Shown here: positions 56,553 to 62,575 of the stretch, one piece after another | Numbering within the stretch: position 1 is the stretch's first letter | How the letters are laid out: each line of letters starts with the position of its first letter | Assembly (NCBI GenBank): GCA_043818015.1 | Contig: JBDRGH010000003.1 | Coordinates: 1-62,575 of the forward strand | Source of the DNA: Pseudomonadota bacterium | GTDB lineage: Bacteria; Desulfobacterota; UBA8473 | DNA length: 62,575 bases | Direction of reading: 5' to 3' | Made by a program: the position numbers and the translations under genes | Notes under the pieces: generated by a model | Told to the model about the DNA's origin: nothing | Databases searched by the model: none | The model's input: only the letters and a program-made list of their open reading frames with translations

Positions 56553-56915
56553 CTATTGAATTGACTGTAATCGCTTAAGCTCTGCCTCAGCTTTCCCGAT
56601 CTCTAAAAGCGTTTTATTGAGTTTCTCCAGCAGACCTGGATCGTCCGGATATTTAGCCAGCATCAGCCTGATCTCCATCTCCATCTTTTGCCAATAATAA
56701 AGCTTGTCGTAGGTCCTCTGAATCTGCGTCTGCTTCTGGATACCCTGGATCGCTTTGGTTGTCTTGTCCATGCACAGCTCGTGGTACTCCTTAGTTACAA
56801 AGTGAGCATCTACCGCCCAGATGCCAGCCAGCAAAGCAAGGACAATAATCATTCCACTCATAACTTTCTTCATCAAATTATTTTTTTGCCCCTTTGTCAT
56901 CTCTTTTCCTCCCAA
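56553..56915 (-). CDS. membrane-anchored coiled-coil protein
   Basis: 120 aa with one TM helix (MSGMIIVLALLAGIWAV), then helical charged sequence. Confidence 0.4.
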   Translation of the reverse strand: MGGKEMTKGQKNNLMKKVMSGMIIVLALLAGIWAVDAHFVTKEYHELCMDKTTKAIQGIQKQTQIQRTYDKLYYWQKMEMEIRLMLAKYPDDPGLLEKLNKTLLEIGKAEAELKRLQSIQ

Positions 56916-57946
56916 ATTAAAGACTCGTTTGGATTCTCAAGCTCCTGAGCAAGAAAATCATGAGGTGTATAATCTTCAAAAAGCCGTCCACTCTGTAAAA
57001 AGCATTTCAGCTTAAGCACTCCCTCTTCGACTGTAGAAAAAGATTGCAGACAGTTGCCAAAAAGATCCTTGACTCCCACCTTCAGAGGGATGCTCTTCTC
57101 ATGATACAGGCACAAGACCGGCTTTCCTGCTCCTATTGCCTCAAAGAAGGCTGTCGATCCGACATCGACCACTATCGCATCAGCCTCTCTAAAATATTTC
57201 TGCTTACTTCTCTTCACCCATCTCATCCTCTTCATGTCCGACGTTTCCGATTCAAAATGCCTCACCATCAGATTTGGCTTCTCTCGATCCAGCCGTGGAT
57301 CATGGCACCAGGTAACTCTGCATCCGGAGGAGACGAACGTCTCCCAAAATGCCAAATTGTACACATGCCTCTCCTCGTTGCTGAGCAAGCATCCAGAAAC
57401 GTGCACACGGTCAGAAGGATGGTTGAACATCGGAATATACAAGAGCTTCTTAATCCTCTGTCCAGGAGAAAACGTGGTTTTTTTTGGCAGATGTCTGTTG
57501 AACTTCCTTATCTCTGCCCTCCCTCCAAATTCACGGAAATACCTCCTGTTGAATTCATTGGGGATATATAAATACTCATAATCATCGACGAGCCCTTTGC
57601 GATCCGAATGATGGAAAATGTCGCAGCCGTGCATGACATAGCTCACTGGAATGCCAAACTTTTGAGCAGCCAGGACAGCGGCATTTATCTCTATATTCGA
57701 TTCCCTTTCTATCACCAGAAAATCAATCCTCTTTTTCTCTCTAAAATATCTCACCCACTTCCCATAATGTCCATAAAAGCGAGGCCAATACTCCTTCTCC
57801 ATCTTGACAAGGTCTTCGAAGTCGAGCATCTGCCAGCCGTCCTTAAGATCCACCAGCTTGAAGATGGACCAATGCCCCCTCAGAAAAGCTCTCTTAGCAT
57901 AGAATCGTAAGTGCCTACTTGCGGGAAGGAAGAGTATCCTGTTCAT
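56897..57946 (-). CDS. GT-B-like glycosyltransferase/hydrolase-like protein, function unknown
   Basis: I prefer the start at MNRILFLP, whose ATG overlaps the PseB-like TGA (ATGA at 57943-57946, checked). C-terminal ADAIVVDVGSTAFFEAIGAGKPVLCL resembles GT-B nucleotide-sugar-binding regions (PseG-, capsule- or Maf-type). Confidence 0.45.
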   Translation of the reverse strand: MNRILFLPASRHLRFYAKRAFLRGHWSIFKLVDLKDGWQMLDFEDLVKMEKEYWPRFYGHYGKWVRYFREKKRIDFLVIERESNIEINAAVLAAQKFGIPVSYVMHGCDIFHHSDRKGLVDDYEYLYIPNEFNRRYFREFGGRAEIRKFNRHLPKKTTFSPGQRIKKLLYIPMFNHPSDRVHVSGCLLSNEERHVYNLAFWETFVSSGCRVTWCHDPRLDREKPNLMVRHFESETSDMKRMRWVKRSKQKYFREADAIVVDVGSTAFFEAIGAGKPVLCLYHEKSIPLKVGVKDLFGNCLQSFSTVEEGVLKLKCFLQSGRLFEDYTPHDFLAQELENPNESLIWEEKR

Positions 57947-58929
57947 ATCAGCTTCCTTATCATCTTTCTCAATTCTCCAGCTGTCACTTGCCATTCATTG
58001 GTCTGCGAAGTGTAAGACTGTCCAATCGTCACTCCAGAAGGTTTAAACCTATCTCCGTCAAAAAATTTCAGGCCTGGCAAGATCATGAAGAAATCTCCCA
58101 TGTCAAAAGCCCTTTCGACTTCACTGGGAGAGACAAGAACTTCATGCAACTTTTCTCCAGGCCTGATCCCTGTGTAATCGATCCGATAACCCTTTGTTTC
58201 GTCACTAGTTGCAAGTGCCAAAGAGAGAACCGGACTGCTGGACATCTTCGGGACAAAGATCTCTCCTCCTTCCATCTCCTCGGCATGATTCAGAACAAAC
58301 TTAACTGCATCTGTAATAGTTATCCAGAACCGTGTCATCCTACTGTCCGTCACTCTGAAATAACCCTCTTCTTTCTGTTTCAGAAATATCGGCAACACAC
58401 TCCCTCTGCTGCCCAACACATTCCCGTATCTTACTACGGAAAACTTTGGCCCCAAAGTATTGGCAGCGACGAACAACTTTTCGGCAGTCAGTTTAGTGGC
58501 TCCATAAAGATTAATGGGATCAACAGCCTTATCCGAAGAAAGAGCAATCACCCTTTCAATCTTTCTTTCAACGGCCACTTCGATAATGTTCTGTGCTCCA
58601 AGTACATTTGTCTTCACCGCTTCACTTGGATTATACTCGCAAATTGGAATCTGCTTCATGGCTGCCGCATGAATGACGAGGTCCATACCTTTAAAAGCCA
58701 GAGACAACTTCGATTTATCCCTGACGTCGCCGATGAAATATCGCATTATTGACTTCTCTTCATGGGTATCCGGCCATCGTTTCTGCATCTCATACTGTTT
58801 ATCCTCACCCCTACTCAAGATGGCTATCCTTCTCGGCCCCATGGTCTGCAAGACTTTGGCACACTCCTGGCCAAAAGTACCAGTGCCTCCCGTAATCAAG
58901 ATACTCTTGTCCTTGTAAAAGCTATCCAT
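57943..58929 (-). CDS. pseB: UDP-N-acetylglucosamine 4,6-dehydratase (PseB/FlaA1/CapD-like)
   Basis: ILITGGTGTFGQ, FIGDVRD, IHAAAMKQIPICEYNPSEAVKTNVLGAQN, LSSDKAVDPINLYGATKL and RYGNVLGSRGSV give a near-canonical Polysacc_synt_2 signature. Confidence 0.9.
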   Translation of the reverse strand: MDSFYKDKSILITGGTGTFGQECAKVLQTMGPRRIAILSRGEDKQYEMQKRWPDTHEEKSIMRYFIGDVRDKSKLSLAFKGMDLVIHAAAMKQIPICEYNPSEAVKTNVLGAQNIIEVAVERKIERVIALSSDKAVDPINLYGATKLTAEKLFVAANTLGPKFSVVRYGNVLGSRGSVLPIFLKQKEEGYFRVTDSRMTRFWITITDAVKFVLNHAEEMEGGEIFVPKMSSSPVLSLALATSDETKGYRIDYTGIRPGEKLHEVLVSPSEVERAFDMGDFFMILPGLKFFDGDRFKPSGVTIGQSYTSQTNEWQVTAGELRKMIRKLI

Positions 58930-59459
58930 CTTTCTCCCTTCCTTTTCTTATAACATCATTCGGCTCTTTATACTCCAGAATATTAAGATGTCCGTTATGG
59001 AATCTTTCAGAACTTTCCAAAAATTTAATTTGATCCTCAAAATAGAATATTCTATTTCTTATCAGCATTACATAGTCTATCTCATGAGACTTAAATAGCA
59101 GCAATCTAATACTGCATATATACTAGAGTAGCAATTAGAGATATCAGAAAGCAAATAGCAAAAACGAGGATAAAAACTAAAAAACTTTCTTCTTTTATTT
59201 TTATTTCAAATTTTCTTTCCTGATAGCCTTTTTCTACGTCCAAGTATTTGAATAAGATCAGCTCCTAATAGTTCAATATTATATGATATTACTACTCTTT
59301 CAATATCAGAAATAGAAAAAGACATTTTCTCAAGCACCTCTAAAATTTTTCCATTTGCTTGCATAAACACAATATCTTTAACTCATTCCGCTATCTCATC
59401 GGCTACAACTTTTTTCTCCGAAAAAGTAAGTGGCTGCCAATTAAATGCCCCCAAAAAAA

Positions 59460-60308
59460 CTACCTCCTTTCGCACACAACCATATACCCAGCCCATCTGT
59501 TTAGAGGACTGAATAAGGTCAGAACCTTCCGCAAGCCCATCCAGAAAGCCATGGTAAAAGGGAGAAGTGCTTTCTCGATCCTTGCCTTCTCTCCTTCCCA
59601 ATCCGACGTCCTGTGGTTGTACCATCTGCCCTTTCTCTGGGCAACAAAAGCCGCCAGGTTCCATCTGCTCTTAATCCAATAAAGCTCCTTGATCTCAAAG
59701 CCATATCTTCTCAACAGCTCTCGCATATTGAATGGATCGATCCAGCACACATGATCCGGATTCACAAGCTCATCAGACATCAGCCAGGCATAGACGAAAT
59801 TGTCCATGTAAAACGGGGTGGGTGTTGTCAGGATCAATTTTCCTTTTACCTTCAATAAATAAATACAATTGCATAAAAAGAATCTAATACTATCTAAATG
59901 TTCGATCAGATCAGCTGCTATAATCAGATCAAAAGACTCCCTTTCAACAGACTTTTTCGATCCATACCACAAAGGATATGTCAGATCTCCTCTAAAGCAA
60001 TTTGGAAGATTCGTGCTTTCCTTATAATTCAAATCTATCCCAATAAGCTTCTTTGAAACTTTTGCCAATTCCTCATGCAGAGGACTCTTCCCATATCCTT
60101 CCAACGTGTGGTTCAAGAAGCCAGCATCCAGCACCGCCTTTCCCTCCGCAAGAGCAACGATGGCATCCACCTTGTCGACTGCTTTCGCCTTCCTGATCTG
60201 CCTTAAAAAATCCTGCCTGTCCTGAGATAGCTCCATTTCCTCATCCGTCCTTTCATGTTTCTGATAAGTGAAAACCAAAGATTCGACCAGAGCCTTCCCA
60301 CGAACCAC
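59460..60308 (-). CDS. SAM-dependent methyltransferase-like protein
   Basis: VLDAGF..., LIGIDL, FDLIIAADLIEHLD and LKVKGKLILTTP patterns. The start is uncertain (alternative ATG at 60236). Confidence 0.6.
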   Translation of the reverse strand: MVRGKALVESLVFTYQKHERTDEEMELSQDRQDFLRQIRKAKAVDKVDAIVALAEGKAVLDAGFLNHTLEGYGKSPLHEELAKVSKKLIGIDLNYKESTNLPNCFRGDLTYPLWYGSKKSVERESFDLIIAADLIEHLDSIRFFLCNCIYLLKVKGKLILTTPTPFYMDNFVYAWLMSDELVNPDHVCWIDPFNMRELLRRYGFEIKELYWIKSRWNLAAFVAQRKGRWYNHRTSDWEGEKARIEKALLPFTMAFWMGLRKVLTLFSPLNRWAGYMVVCERR

Positions 60309-61702
60309 AGAATTGACTGGTTCTCTGCTCCAAGCAGATTGATCTTCGCTCTATAATACAGCTTGGTCTTGTTCGGCTGAACTGGCCTTTCAACGTCTCC
60401 AAAAAGATTCTTGATCCCGAGCCTTCTTGCCTCTCTGACGAATCGAAGAAAACGACTTTCTCTTATAGAATAGTTATTGTCTCTGGTGCTCCACAGCAGC
60501 GGGGTCTCTCCCAACTCAATCCCATACTTCTCTGGATGGCTGTATCCTTCACTCCCAGGAAAAAATCCACACAGGTTGAGCGCCGGATTGATCTGATAGA
60601 TGAAGTCCCTGTTGTCTCTTAGGAACTGCAAGGTCTCTTCAAAATCCTGTTCAGTCTCTCCCGGCAGACCAAACATGAAGTTGAGATTGACCTTGATTCC
60701 AGCAGCCCAAGCTTCTTTCACAATATCTGGAATATCCGTTCCATCGGCACTGTTCTTGCCTATGCTCTTCAGCAGCCTTAGTACGGGTGTTTCCAGTCCA
60801 TAGCCTATAAATGTGCAACCGGCATCCCTCATCTTGTTATACAAGGGATAGTGCATCTCCTTCCTGATCGTGGCATTGCCCATACTCCATTTCACCCTAC
60901 TACCCAGACCACTTTTTATCATCAGATCGCAAAAGTTGTTCAGCTCCTTAATGTTGCCATTGCTCACTGAGTCGTGAAAATGGAAGAAAAACACCTTTGA
61001 ATGCTGTGATAATTGATAAACCACTTCACCAAAAACTCTGGCTCCAGATCTATTTCTATAGAATCCTTCGTGCAATCCCCTCTCAGAGCAGAAGATGCAC
61101 TTGTTGATGCAACCTCTACTAAACCACAATGGCAGAGAGCCCGAATAATCGTACTTCCGTAAATCGAAATCGGAATAGTCTGGAAATGGAAGCTTGTCAA
61201 GCTTGACAAGATCATATTTAGAAGAAAGAAGGGACTCTCCTTCAGCACTATAGAAACCCTTTATTTCAGAAAAACTCTTTTTAACCTCAATGCCTTCCTG
61301 CTCAAACTCCCATATCTGTGGACCACCCAGGTAGATATCAGCGACTCCCTTCAGTTCCTTCACCAGCAAAGAGGTGAACAGAGAAGACGAGTTCTGGACG
61401 GTGATCCAGATCTCTTTTGGCTTCCACTCTGCAATCCTCTTCCTGTACGTCATTATGAAAAAATAAAAATCCCTGTAAAAATCCAGGACGTCTTTCTGAT
61501 TCTCGCAATGATTGTATCCCTCAGCAAGCCGCCAATACTTCCTGTATCTCCTACCTGCAAACTGATACAGCTCAATATTAAGGTCAAGACATTTTGTCTC
61601 CAGACCTACCTCGTTGGCTACTGCCTTCAGAGAAGCCAGTCCCAGAGGAGGAGTAGTTGTGCCCCAGAATGGCGGCTGTATAAATAAAACATCTAAAGGC
61701 AT
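60203..61702 (-). CDS. B12-binding domain radical SAM protein
   Basis: VLFIQPP...PPLGLASLKAVANEVG N-domain and FSRGCINKCIFCSE (CX3CX2C). Confidence 0.85.
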   Translation of the reverse strand: MPLDVLFIQPPFWGTTTPPLGLASLKAVANEVGLETKCLDLNIELYQFAGRRYRKYWRLAEGYNHCENQKDVLDFYRDFYFFIMTYRKRIAEWKPKEIWITVQNSSSLFTSLLVKELKGVADIYLGGPQIWEFEQEGIEVKKSFSEIKGFYSAEGESLLSSKYDLVKLDKLPFPDYSDFDLRKYDYSGSLPLWFSRGCINKCIFCSERGLHEGFYRNRSGARVFGEVVYQLSQHSKVFFFHFHDSVSNGNIKELNNFCDLMIKSGLGSRVKWSMGNATIRKEMHYPLYNKMRDAGCTFIGYGLETPVLRLLKSIGKNSADGTDIPDIVKEAWAAGIKVNLNFMFGLPGETEQDFEETLQFLRDNRDFIYQINPALNLCGFFPGSEGYSHPEKYGIELGETPLLWSTRDNNYSIRESRFLRFVREARRLGIKNLFGDVERPVQPNKTKLYYRAKINLLGAENQSILWFVGRLWSNLWFSLIRNMKGRMRKWSYLRTGRIF

Positions 61703-61812
61703 GGTAACCCCCTAATATTTTCCTCACTTTCTACCATATTAAGAAGACTTTTCTATGAAACTACATCCCTACCTTACCACACCAAACCTGACCGTACCGC
61801 ACCGGACCATAA

Positions 61813-62575
61813 TTAGAATCTATGTCTCCAATAAGACAGAAATGTCTTCGGTAGGTCGACGATCCATGCCAATGCATAGGCAAATTTGTGCCCAGAGCAT
61901 GCGACCGTCTTCCAGTACAAGGGATTGGCTGTCCACATCCTCTCAAACATAGGGAGCACCTTAAACTTCCTTCCGAGCCTGTTCCTCAGCTTGCGCAGAG
62001 CCAGACCATGAGCCGCCATCCGAAATCCTGCCTGTCCCTTCATGCTGGCGTCCTGCAGCAGATGATATTCTTCCTTCCGTAATCTTGGCATGACATATTC
62101 GTCGTAAATTTGGGTCCCTGGATACGGGGTGCAAACGGAGACGGCCACTCCGCAAGGTCTGATCTCTTTCAGAAAGGATTTCGTCTTCCCAATACTCCCT
62201 TCGGTCTCTCCCGGCATGTTGACCATCAAGGTGCCAAAAGCCCGTAGTCTGTATTTCCTGCACCATTCGAACGTTTGCCTTATCTGCTGGATGGAGATTT
62301 TTTTATTAACTTTATCCAGAACCTCTTGATCGCCACTCTCCACTCCCACGTCAAGCTGGATGCAGCCACTTTCCTTTAAATTTCCTATCAGATCCTCCGT
62401 AGCTACGTCCGCCCTCGTCTGACAACCATATGGGATCCTTCCTAAATCTTTATCAAGCATTCGCTTACTCTTGAACCATTCTTCCATCCATCTCTTATTC
62501 AACCCGAACATGTCGTCCGAGAAGTAGAAAAAGTCAATCCCATACCTTTCTTTGAGCTCTGCAATCTCTTTTATG
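61813..62575 (-). CDS. radical SAM protein, C-terminal part (5' end beyond the right edge)
   Basis: The frame stays open upstream of the track start to the window edge (IKEIAELKERYGIDFFYFSDDMFGLN...). GCIQLDVGVESGDQEVLD and MVNMPGET are typical radical SAM core strands. Confidence 0.75.
   Translation of the reverse strand, partial: IKEIAELKERYGIDFFYFSDDMFGLNKRWMEEWFKSKRMLDKDLGRIPYGCQTRADVATEDLIGNLKESGCIQLDVGVESGDQEVLDKVNKKISIQQIRQTFEWCRKYRLRAFGTLMVNMPGETEGSIGKTKSFLKEIRPCGVAVSVCTPYPGTQIYDEYVMPRLRKEEYHLLQDASMKGQAGFRMAAHGLALRKLRNRLGRKFKVLPMFERMWTANPLYWKTVACSGHKFAYALAWIVDLPKTFLSYWRHRF

Noticed and set aside
1-62575. tRNA, rRNA, CRISPR array, integrase/att sites, toxin-antitoxin pairs
   Set aside because: Reading the intergenic regions, I found no cloverleaf-like GTTCRANYC arms, no regularly spaced repeat-spacer array and no recombinase-like ORF. 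Their absence cannot be proven without running dedicated tools.

Overview
Almost the whole 62.6-kb window is a single minus-strand gene array from a tailed, siphovirus-like phage or prophage. I saw no tRNA, rRNA, CRISPR array, integrase or reverse transcriptase. All calls come from reading the sequence and ORF translations by eye; no homology search was run. Reading in the direction of transcription (right to left): (1) An AT-rich glycan island of about 18 kb (62575-44632). It carries pseudaminic/legionaminic-type nonulosonic-acid genes (PseB-like dehydratase, NeuB-like synthase, cytidylyltransferase, GNAT), two PIG-L deacetylases, a WbqC-like protein, methyltransferases, glycosyltransferases and several B12-binding radical SAM enzymes. 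One of these radical SAM enzymes holds an HNH-type intein inside its CX3CX2C motif. (2) A GC-rich packaging and head module: terS-like gene, phased iterons, terL, portal, SPP1-gp7-like head morphogenesis protein, protease/scaffold, decoration-like pair and major capsid protein. A further radical SAM gene and a sugar epimerase are translationally coupled to these core genes. (3) An accessory block of about 10 kb. It holds three tandem paralogues, an envelope module with an O-antigen-ligase-like (Wzy_C) membrane protein, and a 585-aa protein built from 20-aa repeats. (4) Neck genes. (5) An AT-rich two-gene cassette made of a minimal class III cyclase-like protein plus a small membrane protein. 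(6) Duplicated tail-tube genes, G/GT chaperones with a canonical -1 slippery site, tape measure, and lambda/GTA-like tip genes (M-like, L-like, J-like). (7) Fibre genes, an M15 endolysin and a holin-like protein. (8) A WecA/MraY-like transferase with a second epimerase, then small Zn-ribbon/HTH genes. Two structural genes, the J-like and HK97-gp10-like genes, have their reading frames broken at short homopolymers. The leads I rate highest are the cyclase plus membrane-protein cassette, the intein in the radical SAM cluster motif, and the phage-encoded glycan/radical SAM system interleaved with morphogenesis genes.
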